A stretch of DNA of 64,000 bases from Macrostomum lignano. Taxonomy: Eukaryota. Shown one piece after another: positions 22,072 through 35,396 of this stretch (positions are counted from its first letter, which is position 1; every line of letters starts with the position of its first letter). The position numbers and the translations under genes are program-made. The notes under the pieces were generated by a model. The model was not told the DNA's origin. It worked only from the letters and a program-made list of their open reading frames with translations, and did not search any database. The stretch lies in the NCBI GenBank assembly GCA_002269645.1, contig NIVC01000019.1, forward strand, positions 1,426,001-1,490,000, read 5' to 3'.

Positions 22072-24289
22072 TGATGTAACCGCCCTTGTCGCCTGCCCGC
22101 TCCGTAGAGAGACGAACGCATGACTAGAGGGGGCAATGACCGTAGGCTGCCTATGACCGGGCAATGACCTGACGGACCTCCAGCACCAGACTGTCCCGCC
22201 CACATGATTAGTAGCTTTGGTAGCGCTTCGTGACCAGAGGGCCAAGGACCCACATGGACCCCACCTGTAGCCAAGGTGCAATAGTTGGTCACTCGGTCAT
22301 AGTATGACCGAGTGGCTGCCACCACTCTATGTGACCTGGCGCACCTGGATCTTTCTACCAGACCTCTCGAGGCTAGAGCCCCGCCTGGATTGGTTACCAG
22401 GGGATTTAGGCTAACAGGGGAGACGCATGCAGCCGAGTACAGGGACTCTGCTTGGGGCATGATCGGGAACTCTGGGCTCAATCCTGGAGGATTTCTCAGC
22501 AGGGGATCCTTTGTGGCTGTGAGCGAGGCTGACTTGCGACTTTGATTACTAAGAGTAGTATGAGGCGAACATGTACTGTCTACAGTTTAGATTGCTCAGG
22601 GCGAAGGGACGCGTTAGCATGGGGTTGCAACCTTCCTACTGCCATTCTGTGCCAAGACTCGCTAATCCCTCTACTGCACGCACACGCGGCCCCGCAGCAC
22701 GCACTCACAGGCGGGCTGTGCACGGGGAGAGGCCATTAGCTTACCCAAACTTCCTTATGCTTTGCCACCCCGGGGGAAAGGCTTAGCAAGCCATGAGTGA
22801 AATGATGGTGAAAGATTGAATAATGATGAAGTTAGTTAATAGTTAATAATTAGGCCCTTAGGCAAATAAGCAGGCAATTAGGCGGCTTCACTATTGAGTA
22901 AAATACAGCAAAAGATACGGTATCACAATTGGCTCAGCTCTCTAATCAGACAATGGAAAATAGGCAAACCCCGGATAAGCAAAGGCAATTAGAGCACAAA
23001 TTAGTAGCAGGAACTTACCGGCAGCTGCACAGAGAGAGAGAGAGGCGGAGTGACCGAGGGCGGCTGTAGGCTGCAGTCAGGCAGACGGTGAAGCGGCGAT
23101 GCGCTGGAGCGACGAGGCGCTGATGTAGATCAGGCGATGCTGATGATGCTGGGCGGTATCAGACCGCTGGCCGATAGGCGAGCTCACTTGGGGAGCTAAG
23201 GATAACTTGGCGGTAACAGACCGCGGACCGGCAGGGATTCGTCTTATAGACGAATGGGTCAGAACTCAATCTGACAGCAAGTCCAAAGAAGGACGAGGAG
23301 AGGAACAGAGATAAACTCAGTTGAGTATTCTCATGCCGAAATCGCTTCCTTTTATAGACCTCACAGCCGCCTCCTCAAGGTCGTTACCATGGCTCCCTCT
23401 CTCTGATTGGCTGCCGGCAGAATGACGTCAGAATGAGTCATGATGAGAAGCATGAGACCGGCATAGCAACATGAGAAATCGGGAAATTGCGCAATCCGGA
23501 GGTGGGGTGGGGGGATAATTGGCGCAGCGGGTGGTCGCGAAAGTGTTGCGCAAGCAAACATTGAGAACAATAGGGCTGGGGTCGAGAACAAAGGAATTGG
23601 AAATCGGGGATAATTGGGGAAAACTGAGAACAATGGAAAAGTAAACATTGGAGAAAAGGTGATAATTAGGTGCGAAAACGAGAACAAAAGAAAGAGAAAA
23701 TCGGAGAAAATGTGATAATTGGTGGGGGTCGAGAGAACAAAAGAAGCAAAAACGAGAACAATAGAAGCGGAGGTGGGGTGGGTGTCACATGAGAAATTTG
23801 GGAAGGAGAACAATAGCGTGAGAAAAGGTTGCGCAAGAGAGGGGGATGAGTCATCGATGAGTCATCGGGGGGAAGAAGGGGTCACACGACTTGCGTCACC
23901 GTTTGGGAGTTTGGGAGGGGATGGGGAGACGGTGAGCACACAAAATACTGTAAGTAGACACAGAGAAGGAGGGGACAGCGCAGGAAAAGAGTGCAGAGAG
24001 AGACAAAAAGAGGGGGGAAAGGGAGAGTACAAGAAGAATAGGGTGGAGTGCAGGGGAGATAAGGTAGAGGGGAGGGTACAGAGAGGGGTAGGGGGCTCCG
24101 GAAAGGCAGGTGTGGCGGCAGGGGAGACGGGACCAAGGCAGCAGGAGGGGTGCAGCAGAGCGGGAGTCTCCAGGCCTGGGCAGAGACCTGGCCGAGTCTC
24201 GACAGCTCTGTGCAGAGGGTGCACGGGATAGGAGGCACTTTCGAAAAAGTTCCCATGCCCTATCCCGCGACCAGAGCGTGGTTACATCA
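22072..24289 (-). mobile_element. ~2.2-kb solo-LTR-like element
   Basis: Termini TGATGTAACC...GGTTACATCA form a 10-bp inverted repeat (TG...CA) with 4-bp TSD CAAA on both sides; internal minus-strand CCAAT and TATA; no recognisable protein. Confidence 0.7.
23350..23410 (-). promoter_or_regulatory. CCAAT box plus TATAAAA inside the solo-LTR-like element
   Basis: Minus strand has CCAATCAG (~23410-23403), TATAAAAGG ~50 bp downstream, and a gtaagt donor at ~23019. Confidence 0.45.
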
Positions 24290-27200
24290 CAAAGAAAAAT
24301 TGCGACTTGACTTACTTGACTAAGCTGCAGGGCGGTCCGAAGACACAGCGGGGAGGCGAGCGTCGCCCATTCCGCTAATCCCTGGAAGGCCCGCATAGGC
24401 TAGGGCGCGGGGCCGGTCAGGGAGGTCTGCCGGTCCTGTCTGCAGCGTTGTCTTCGGTGGGGAAGACGGAGGCTCGCTTGGTGGCCCGGAGGAACCGGAT
24501 GAGCCGTGGGATGTTCTCGGGCCGGCAAGCGTCGTCCAGGGACGGGTTGGGCCCGAGGTGATTGAGCCGGTCTCGGTTGAAGGCCGGGCAGTAGCAGATG
24601 AAGTGCTTGGCGTCTTCGTTCTCGAGGTTGCAGAAAGGGCAGAGTTCGCTCCAGCGAACACTTCGGAGGAAACAGTGCCTGGCAAAGCAGCCGTGACCTG
24701 TGAAGGTCATAGTGAGAGCGCGGATATTTTTTCGATTTTGGTCCAAAAGGATTCTCCGCAGTTTGAGGGAGGGATTGGGCACTGCCGCACGGGATTGGCG
24801 GCAGTTGGAGATACCATCCCATCTGCGCAAGTGCAGGATGTCCGCCCAGTCGTTAATCCGACGATTAATGACTGTGGCGGGGATGGGGGCCAGGGGCACG
24901 GGGTTAAGGAGCGAGCCGGAAAAACCCGCCTTAGCGAGGGAGTCGTTACCTTTGAAGCCGGCGCGTCCTGGGATCCACGGAAGCCGGGCGGTGTTCCTCC
25001 GAGCCAGCTTGTTGAGCTGCTCGATACAGTAGTGGTGTGACACAGGGCCTGCAAAGCGGCCTGGCTGTCAGAGTGAAAGAAGATTCTTCTGTCTTTGAAG
25101 TTCCTGCAGTGGAGCTCAGCTGCACAGGAGTTGATGGCAAGGACTTCGTTCTGGAAGACGCTGGAGAGTCTACCAGCGTGCTGGGCGTGAGTGGCGATCA
25201 CGCGGCCGTTGATAAGGATGCAGACTCCAAAGCCGGATAAACCGTCTTTGGAGGATCCGTCAGTAAAGCAGTGAACCTCATGAGGGGCCCAGCTGTCGTT
25301 GGCGTTCTCCCTAGAGGGGATCGTGACCTTGAAGCGTTGGTAGAGATTGAGGGAGCACGGCTCAGCGTCCGAAAGGACAGTCGCACTCCCACTCTCCTCC
25401 AGAACTTTAAGGCACAGGTCAGAGTGCGGCAAGAGCTTGCGCTTCGCCATCGCTCTTTGTGGCTTGAAGCTAACGCCAGCCTCGATGAACCGGCGGGTGG
25501 TTTTAGCAGCCTCGCGACGGACGAAGATGTCCAGGGGCGGGAGGCAGAGAAAGGCGTTGAGGCCGTCAAAGAGAGCAGAGAGCGGGGCATTCAAGATCAT
25601 GCGACATGCGCGTTCCTGCACTTTTTTAAGGGCTTCGTGGCAGGTTTTAATCTGCAAGACGCTGGTCTAGACCAGGCCGGCGTAAGTGACGGCCGGCCGG
25701 ACCATTGCGGTATAGATCCACCAGAGCCGCTTTGGGGTGAGGCCCCAGGTGGTGCCGACGGCTCTGCGTAGCTGCGCAAGAATCGCGAAGGCTTTTTTGG
25801 TTTTGGCCTGAACGTGGGTGGACCAGCTCAGCCGGTGGTCCAGCGTAACGCCGAGACACTTGATTTGCTTGCAGGATGGGATTTCCACCCCGTAAAGCTT
25901 TAGTGGGCGAATACGCCAGTTAACCCTGCTGGTGAACATGATCGCGACAGTTTTGGTCTCGGAGAGCCTGAGGCCGCACCTGTCCGCCCATTGTTCAGCA
26001 GAGCGAATAAAGTTTTGCAGAAGATCCCTAAGGGTTTCAGGTGACGGTCCGAATGCCACGGCTGTGACATCATCGGCGTAACCGATCTTACGGATGGGGT
26101 CAAGATGGATGTCCTGGAGGAGCTCATCGATGACCATGTTCCAGAGAACTGGAGAGAGGACACAGCCCTGGGGGCTGCCTTTGCAGACGGTTACCGTCCG
26201 TTGGTGGCCCAACAGGTGTGCGGTGGCAGTACGGTGGCTGATCATATACATGATCAACCGGGTGAGGTGCGAGTGGGTTCCTCTAGTACGTAGAGCTCTG
26301 TCAAAAGCCTCTGGAAGAGCCTGGGCGTGGCGAGGGTGGCATCCAGCACCTCCGATCGGCGTCCGTTATTGAAGGTAGGGGTACTACCCGAGTTACAGAA
26401 CTCAAGGGTTGTAGTAGCTATATAAGCCAGGAAGTCTTCACCTATCTGGTTAATATCAGAACTGCCCCAGTGGGGAAGGTGGGCGTTGATATCGCCTGCC
26501 ACAAGCAGCTCATAATTTCTGGTGGAGCAGAGCTCGACCAGTGTGACAAGCTCTCCTGGGATCATCTCGCCGTCGCCTGGTAGATAAACCGAGGCGATGA
26601 GGGTAGTCCTCCCAGGGAGTATGTCTTCGGATTGGATGACGCAGATGTCCCTGGTGGACAGGTCCGATCTGAGCCATGCGTTAATAGAACTGGACACCAT
26701 GATGCAGGATCTTGGTGCCAGGTTTCCCTCCCGGGTGCCAGCGGTTAGACACTGATAGCCGGTGGGGACATGTTGGGGGCTGCCCCTTAGCGTCCAAGGT
26801 TCCTGGATAAGGATAATCCTTGGTGCGTATTGGTCAGTGCATGTGCTTCAACAGGTTGACTGAAGCAGCAATGCTGTGCTGCAGGTTGACCTGCAAGCAG
26901 TGAATGCCCTGGGAGACAGTCATCTACTGTCCAGGGGATGAGAAAAGCAACTCATTCTCAGCCTCATCGGTGAGAGTTGAGTCGCCAATTTCCATTGGCT
27001 CGACAGGCTCAGCCTTGTTATGGCCTTATGGCCTGTTAATGGCCTTGTTAGGCTCGGGATCGGGTTGCTGCTGCCGCTTGGCCGGCGGAGCCTGAGCCCC
27101 AGCTCCGGGTGCGGCACGCTTCCTGTCGTTCTTAGTCTCCACCTTGCCCTCCTCGCAAGTGGAGACCAAGGTGGAGGTTTGAGCCGTGCGGTAGCCGCTT

Positions 27201-27324
27201 GGCCCATCCTCCGTCAGGCCGAGGATGATGGTGGCCCCGGTCGTGCCCTTGCGGACCGTGTTGTGGTACACAAGACCACTGGCGTCGAGATCCGGGTGCC
27301 GCTTGAGCAGGAGCTGCCACAGCT

Positions 27325-30300
27325 TGTTAAAGAAATAATCAAGTCTAATAAATCTGAGGGTTAGACTTTAACAAAAAACAGGTAAATGAGCCCTGTGGCT
27401 TAATTATTGCTTATATATTAAATTAAATCGATGTTCTCTCTCTCCAACTCTCTGACTCAACAACGCCTCACGCACATCAACCCCACCCCAACACACTCTG
27501 AGACGGGGACCGCCAAGTGTACACTGGCGACGCTACACATAGCAGAGGGTCGGTACGCAGGCACTCCAAATCCAATACACTCCCCCTAATGATGCTTCAT
27601 CATTACAGTACTTAACATTGATATTCGAAAAAAGAAACTCGCTATTAACTTAAATGAAATTAAACGAAACGAATAGCAAAAAACAAACGAACAACAAAAA
27701 ACGCTCCAACATTACAACAGACTTGATGACTAAAAATGTGACACACCATCACCAGAGTACTGAGTTAACGAAAAAGTAGGAACAAAGGGAAAACGAAACT
27801 CAAAAAAATCCAATCAGCGCTAAGGAGCTCAAAAGGTAAGATTGAAAGGGAGTGAAAATTACTGCGAACTAAAACTAAACAGAAACTCGAAACAACGATT
27901 AGAACAGTCATTGAAAGTCAGTTACTTAAGTTCATTCAGTTTTCACAGCTTCCAGCAAAATCAGGTTCTCCACCGGTCGGCGAATCAAGCATCTCCTGGG
28001 ACCGCGGCCAGGTCTGGGCGCGACTCGAACCGTTGCAGATCTCACCGCCCCGTCTCGGCCAGGATGCACCGACTCGATGACACCGGTACACCAGGTAAGC
28101 CTCGGCTGCCCGGCCTCACCTTTCACCAGGACGATGTCGCCGGCCGTCGCTTCTCGAGTTACGCCATGCTTGGGACTTAGATTATGTTCTCGCAGGCTGG
28201 TCAGATACTGTCGCTCCCAGCAGTCCCAGAAGGCTTGCAGTCTGGCGCGCATTCGCCTCAGCAGTGTTGGCAATGGCAGCAGGAGCTCGGGCGTACCGCT
28301 AGAAGTTGGCTCCGCCGTCAGCCGTTGCAGGACCAGAAAGTGCGCCGGCGTCAGGACTTCTCCGTTGGTTTCGGCATCCACGTAGAGTAGAGGCCGACTG
28401 TTGAGCACCGCTTCCACCTCCATTAGCACTGTCCGCAGTTCGTCCAGCGTCAGGGTTGCGTTGAGGATGGTCTTGCGCAAAGCCAGCTTGATGTCCCTCA
28501 TCAGTCGCTCCCAGAAGCCTCCTTGCCACGGTGCGCGTTCGACGATGAATTGCCAGGTGATTTTCCTGGTGGCGCAGAAGTCTTGAACTTGTCGACTCTC
28601 CGACGCCTGAAGTATTTTGGCAGCCTTGGTGAATGTCTTGGCGTTGTCACTGATGAGATTGGGAATTCCTCTCCGAGCACAGAACCGTCGGAGGGCTCGC
28701 AGGAAGGTCTCGGTCGTCAAGTCGCTCACCAGTTCCAGGTGAAGGGCTCGCGTGGCCGCACAGGTGAAAACCAGGATATAGCCTTTCTCGATCTCTGTGT
28801 CCTCCACAGTTTGACAGGTCCGCAGTAGTCGAGTCCGCACCACTCAAAGGCTCTCCCAGACTTCACGCGTGCTTCAGGTAAGGCTGGGATTTGCTTCACT
28901 GCATATGGTAGTCCTTGAAGACGTCTGCAGACAAAGCAACTTCTCAGGATCGACTTGACTCGCTGTCTTCCTCTGATTAGCCAGAATCTCTCTCGCAGCT
29001 TACAAAGAGTGCTGGGCACTCCCCCGTGCAGAACCTTGGCGTGAGCGTCCCAGATGAGAAGAAGCTCCAGGTGTGACTTGCTCGGGATCAGAATCGGACA
29101 GTCAACCTCGGCAGAGGCGTTGGACTCCTTCAATCGACCTTGGCTTCGGAGAATACTCTTGTTGTCGAGAAAAAGATTCAACTGCCTGCTGAGATCTGTA
29201 CTGGCCGCTGACTCCTGAATGTGAGCAATTTCGGCTTGAAAACTCCGTCTCTGCACTTCTCGCAGCCAGCGCTCTTCAGCTTCAAGGACTTCTGCTGCAG
29301 CCAGTGGTCCCACTCGCTCCTCCCCCGCTGCAGAAGTTCTAGCTTGCAGTTTCTGACGAAGCGTAGGACATAGGCTGTCACCCGAATCAGCTTGATCCAG
29401 GATGAGAAGTTCGTGTCATTGAGAACTTCCTGTAGACTGATGTCAGGACCGGCTTCAGTTAGCAGAACAACTGGACGGTTCGCTTGTGTCTTCTGCTCCT
29501 CGGCAACTGCCGCTGTCGGTAAGCTGAGAAAGGATTGGTCGGGCCAATCGTCAGGAGGTCGTGCCAGCCAGTCTGGACCGTGCCACCAGCTGTCGTCCGC
29601 CTTCAACTTGCTCGCTGATGTTCCTCGAGATGCAACGTCCGCCGGATTCTCCTCGCCTGGGACATGTCTCCAGGCATCCTCTGGCACCAGGCGGCGGATC
29701 TCCGTCACCCGATTATGAACAAAGAGCTTCCAGGGTCTGTGCTGCCGGATCCAGTAGAGCGTGTCGGCACTGTCTGTCCAGCAAAACACCTGGCGAACCT
29801 GAGGATACTGACTCATGGATGATGTCAACAGTCTGGCGAGTATCAAGGCACCCAGGAGTTCGAGCCGAGGAATTGAAAGAACCGACAGTGGAGCCACTCT
29901 CGCCTTGGCGGCCACCAGGTTGCAGCTGACGGAACCATCGGTGTACTGCACTCGCAGGTAAAGACACGCCGCATAGCATTTGATTGACGCATCACAGAAC
30001 CCATGCAGCTGTATCTCCTCGACCTCCTTCGTCGCCGAAAGCACCAACCTTGGAACTTGAAATCGACCTGCCAGCATCTCCTGCAACCACTTCAGCCACT
30101 GCTGCTTAATCGGCTCCTTTAGCGGGCAGTCCCAAGCGATCTTTTCAACGCACAGCTTCTGGAACATCGATTTCGGCAACGTAAGCAGCGGAACCAGGAA
30201 GCCCAGAGGATCGTAGACACGGGCCAGCAGCTGTAGCACGACACGCTTGGAGGGCGACGCCTTGAGCAAATCTTCTGGCGGAGAAAACTGCAGCACGAAC

Positions 30301-33300
30301 ACGTCCGATCCTGTCTCCCATCGCAGCCCGAGGACTTTTGACGATACGCCATCTTCGCCCAAGGAGGCGGCTGAATAGCTGGAGGGGTCCTCCGTGATGT
30401 CCTTCGTCACCGCCGACAACGCCGGAGCAAGAACATCACTGTCAAGTGTGCTGGCGCGAACCGCTTTCAATACATTCTTGCTGTTGGACTGCCAGTGTCG
30501 CAGATTCATTCCAGTCTGTTGGAATATGTGCCGGGATTTTTGGATGAGATCCAGGGCCTGCTGTTCATCCACGCACCCAGAGATCAGGTTGTCCACATAG
30601 ATTTCTTTGGACACCTTATCCACGAACTCTGCATGCTGGCCTCGGTGAGATGCCAAGTGGTGTTGAATGACAGTCTCCAGGACGGCAGGTGAGCAGGTGA
30701 GTCCGAACATCAGAGCAGCGTAGCGCAGAACAACGAGAGGTGAATCAGCTTGACTGGGATCCCGTGGCCAGAGGAATCGTAGAGCATCGCGGTCGTCTTC
30801 TGCAATTCGGATCTGCAAAAAAGCCTTCTCAATATCGGCAGTCAAGGCGATCGGATGAAGTCGAAATGCCTGAAGCAGTCGCGGAATCTCGGCCAACGAA
30901 CAGGTTCCTGTTTCCAGACAGTCATTCAGCGATGGACTGCACTGATCTCGCTTGGCACTCGCGTCGAAAACCACTCGAACTTTGGTCGATTCAGCTTCAG
31001 GACGGATTACGGCTCGGTGGGGTAGGTAGTGGATGAGATCGCTGGTCCCATCTGGAGCTTCTTCGACTACGCCAGCTTCCTTCTGACTGGTCAGAATGCG
31101 GTGGTACTCCTGAAGTAGCGCAGGCTCACGACGCAGCCTCGTCAGATTGGTCTTTAGTCTCTTGAACGCTACCTCGAAGTTGTCGGGAAATCTTAATTCC
31201 TTTTTGGGAATCTTCCACGGCAGCTGAACTGAGTAGCGACCCTCTTGGAACTGGGCATTCAGAGTCAGTGGACGCTGATCAGGCTCGGCTGCACTTCTGA
31301 TACCGAGACCTTCTAAAGTCCAGAACGCCTCGATGGTGCTGCTGTCCAGACCTTTCTCCGCTCCTTGAGCACAGCAGAGAAGAACCTGCTCTGACCTGGT
31401 CTCTAGCTCACTTGCGGCGAACCCATCTGACAGTGACCCGCACAGCAACCAACCGAGCTGACTGGATACGGCAACTGGACCGGAGCCGACCTCTGAGCGA
31501 ATCACTTGACCTGTGACGAGGTCGTAGAATTGGTCAGCTCCGATGAGGATACTGATCTCGGGATTCTGTTCACCACCGATGTCCCAGTCTGCCATGTCGA
31601 GGTGTTGAAAGTGCTTCATGCACAAGCTGCTGACAACTGGCTGATGAGAGCAGATGTAAGGCACTGTGTTGGCGCGCACTGTGAACTGGGCGGTGCTGTC
31701 AGATTTCCGAAGCTTGAACTCGACCATCGCAGTCTGCAGCACCTTGGCCTCTGTGCCACCGAATGTTGTCACCTCCATCGTCTCTCTGCCCATGACCTGG
31801 AGCCCCATCTTCTCAGCCAAGCTGGTCAAGATGAACGAACGGTTGCTTGCAGAGTCAAAGAGAATTCGCACCGGAGTCTCCTGATTGTTAACAGTCGAAA
31901 TCAGTACAGCTCCCGCTGTTGGAAGGATCACTGTTTGAGCTTTTGTCACCATAGCCATGGTCTTCACTTCTTGACTCTTCACATTCTGTGCAGCAGCCTG
32001 CTCGGACTTCTTCCGGTCTTCTCCCACCTTTCCAAGTGTGGAGCCGGGTGCCTTCGGTCCATCCTTACCCTGCAGCTTCTCCATGCGTGCGCTACAGAGA
32101 CTTGGGTGATGCTTCATCTGGCAGAATTCACATTGCTTCTTGTGGTAGCAGGTCTTGACGCTGTGTCCCTTGCAGAGACAGCTGAAGCAACGCCTCTGCT
32201 CCTTCAAAAACTGGAGTCGTGCCGCAACGTCTACCAGGCGAGTGCACTTCTCTGGAGCATGTTCAGTTTCGCAGAAGGGACAAGCCGTGCTGACCTTTTT
32301 GACCTTCGTGTGAAGCGCAGCCACTGTGCCGCCATCCCTTGTCTGTTTCTCACCAGCAGTCTTGGACGCTCCATTGGAACCGGACGTCTGCCCTGCAGCT
32401 CCAACGGCCGCCTCCTCCCAGACTAAAATCTCCATTTCCAAGACCTGCAGAAACTCCGTCACAGAATCTAAGCCATTGCCATCCCTCATCTGCGACAAGC
32501 TGCTACCAAAGGAATAACCGACGGAAGCAATCCGAGCAGTTCTCAGCATCCCGAGACGAACGACTTCCGGCAGCTTCGCCAGCAAGTTGGGCAGCAACAT
32601 GGACTCGTAAGATTCGACACTCACCCGAGATTCGTCAGACTGCGGACATTTCCATTGACTTGGTCGTAGAAATTCCTCAGGTGCTGTGCCGACGAACTGG
32701 AGCAGGTCAGCACCGAGAACTTTGCCAGGTGCTCGCGCACGGCTCCGTTGCGGGATCCAAATCGTCGTTGCAGGTTGTCGATGGCGATATGGTAGTTGTC
32801 CTTCGTGATGTTGAGACCAGCGATCGAGTTTCGGGCTTCCCCAGACAGACACGACTGCAGGTAGCTGAATTTGTCGACGACACTCAGGCTCGGGTTGTCA
32901 TGGATACTGGAGTTGAAGCGGTCCCAGAATTCCGTCCATTGGGTCCGATCGCCACTGAATGACGGTGGCGGCAGTTTTGGCAACCTGATGGTAGTCTGAG
33001 TCCTTGTCGTTGAAGAATTCTCTTCCGAAGACTTGGACGAAGTCGTCGTCTGTATGGCTGTATTCTGCAGCAGATTTGTTGCCTGCGGCGTGCCGGTCCG
33101 CGCGGTCTGAAGCTCCTGGAGCCGTCTGGTGAGGTTCGAGATCAATTTGCCAGCCAGCAGGTCGTACTCCATTGTCGTCTCTGCTTCAGCCTGCACGTCC
33201 TTCTCGTCAACCTCCGCGGCGAGCTCTTCATCTGCTGCTTGGAGCTGCTGCTTCTTGAACCGTAGAGCCTCTAGAACGCTGTCGATTTCATCTTCAGCAG

Positions 33301-33719
33301 CATCTGTTTTGAGCAGGTCTTCGGCTTTCTGTGCCAGTCTGGTGACCGTCGCTCGTAACACGCCTCTCTTCCTGGAGTCCATGCTGTTGTTGAAAAATCG
33401 CTGAGTCACTGTAGCACTCTTGCGCTCACTGCTTGATTTTACTGTGATTTTGGTTCGGGCGCCATGTTAAAGAAATAATCAAGTCTAATAAATCTGAGGG
33501 TTAGACTTTAACAAAAAACAGGTAAATGAGCCCTGTGGCTTAATTATTGCTTATATATTAAATTAAATCGATGTTCTCTCTCTCCAACTCTCTGACTCAA
33601 CAACGCCTCACGCACATCAACCCCACCCCAACACACTCTGAGACGGGGACCGCCAAGTGTACACTGGCGACGCTACACATAGCAGAGGGTCGGTACGCAG
33701 GCACTCCAAATCCAATACA
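27325..33719 (-). mobile_element. Full-length BEL/Pao LTR retrotransposon nested in LINE ORF1
   Basis: 255-bp TG...CA LTRs at 27325-27579 and 33465-33719, identical by eye; 5-bp TSD CAGCT; PBS TGGCGCCCGAAC (matches the tRNA-Lys PBS start); PPT attagggggag. Confidence 0.96.
27932..33382 (-). CDS. BEL/Pao Gag-Pol, broken by three single-base frameshifts in this assembly
   Basis: DUF1759-like FSGDRTQWTEFWDRF; Pao triple Cys-His cluster; protease ILFDSAS; RT YLPH...TADIEKAFLQI...YVDN; Pao RNase H FCDAS; integrase LDYCGP, ISDNA, GFWERL. ORF pieces 33382-32621, to 29178, to 28726, to 27932. Confidence 0.88.
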
Positions 33720-35396
33720 CAGCTGTTTCCCGAACTTGATTGCGCTGTCGGCCGGGACCCAAATCTGATGGCGGATGGTCTTCGGCCGCTCGCTCTCCAG
33801 GGCGAAGGTCAGCTGGCCCGGGTCGCTGTGCCAGTCGAACTTGGGCAGCTGATCCCGCAGGAGCTGGGTGCTTTCCTCGGATTTGCACCACAGTAGGATG
33901 CACCCGTTCGCCTTGGTGGACTTAACGATGTCCACGAAGACGCTCTCCAGGGTTAGATTGAGCAGGCCCTCGTCGATGGTGCGCCACGCGACGTCGAGCT
34001 GCTCGGGCGTCAGGTCGAAATCCCCGCCGAAGATCATCACGGCGGGTTGCAGCGGCTGCTTGACCTTGGAGGCGTAGGACTCGGAGGTCTTGAGCGGGGC
34101 CGCTTTGTACTTGGTAGGTGTTAGGCCGGCAGGGTTGTCCCCCTGAGAGTTCGAGGATACGGCGGTTCCTGACGCGTCACCGGACCCCCCAGAGGGCTTC
34201 CCTCCCGCGGTGGCTCCCGAAGGCCCGCCCTCCGCGGACGCAGCAGCAGCCCGCTTCTCCTGCCGCTTACGGTTGCGGCGGATATTTTGCTGCCGTCGGG
34301 ACTCGGCCGTGCGCGGTCGGCTAGACTGGCGGCAAAGACTATCGGCAGCAGCGTCAGCTGGCCCGGTTGGACCAGGTTGGACTTTGGAGCTACCAGTGGT
34401 AGCTACCGGAGCGGCTGATCCCGGTGGGCCAGTGGCGACCGGGTCAGTTTCGTTGGTAAAATTGGCGTTAGTGGCCATAGCTGAAAAGCGGAGGAGGGCT
34501 ACTCGTTATGCGAGTTGAGTACCCGACTGGCCTACACTCCAAGCCAGCCGGTTTGAAAAAGGGACCGCTAGCGACCGGACTACTCCCCGGCTTTCCAGCC
34601 CATTGGAACGGTCGATCACCATAGGCATTAGAGGGTACGTTAAGCAGTACCACGGCCTGCAGGCTGGTAAGCCGGACCCGCATACCCAAATTCGGCCGAA
34701 GCCACTGGATGGGTCCCCAGCGCTGGAACCCAGTCTGTCCAGCAGCCCTAGGGTCTGCCTTGAACACACGCGGGGACGTCATTCCAAGTGCTTGTGAATC
34801 ATTGAAATTATCACAAATCATTGAAATCATTTTTGCTGCTCAATCCCATATTTAATTTTATTGGGTCTACAGCAATTATTGTCAACCAATCATGTAGATT
34901 ATCTGTATCTACATACTGACAAAATAGTTACAGCCCTTAAAAGAGCCGTTTTATTACGTATCAGCTTCAGCTTACAACCTAATAAATATTGAAAATACGA
35001 GCGTATTGACTGAGTGACAAACTCAGATCCCCAAAAGCTGCAATCGATTTAGATTGTCAATAAACGTGCATGGAGTATGGAGTTACACGTATAAGAAATC
35101 GTTTATTTCGCAGTAGCCACTTACTGGCATATTTTTAAGCAAGTTTCAGAAAATGGAAAATTTACCATAAGCAGGAAATTATTCTTGCGATTTCTTGCAA
35201 GAGAAAGAGAGACGGAAATCAATGCAGCCAAATGCTAATACATGCTCCGTATTTAAATCAGGACTTATTTGACATTTTCAGAATTAATCGAAACCAGTGG
35301 GTGATGCATTCAATTTCGGCAAATATTTAGTCAGATACTTACTTCAATCGTTGCTACTACGAGACACAAACAGAATAGGACCCGTGGGCAAGCAGA

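Larger units (their letters stand above)
24305..34800 (-). mobile_element. Degenerate non-LTR retrotransposon (ORF1 + APE-RT-RNase H; Loa/R1/I-group-like), interrupted by a BEL element
   Basis: ORF1 34478-33720 continues in frame at 27324-27026 after removing BEL (KFGKQL|WQLLLKRHPD). APE motifs LQVNLQHS, IQEPW, VAGDINAH; RT GSPQGCVLSP and GYADD; RNase H CFTDGS; short-repeat tail (agtcaagt) at ~24305-24325. Many frameshifts and an apparent internal deletion between APE and RT. Ends approximate. Confidence 0.88.

Noticed and set aside
32615-32640. Programmed gag-pol frameshift in the BEL element
   Set aside because: There is no slippery heptamer, BEL elements normally have one ORF, and two other breaks share the same homopolymer-loss signature.
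34640-34790. Possible HDV-like ribozyme in the LINE 5' UTR (GC-UUCG-GC followed by CGAA)
   Set aside because: I could not build the P1/P2/P3/P1.1 nested pseudoknot by eye; the upstream part folds as a simple hairpin. An RNArobo or Infernal search would settle it.
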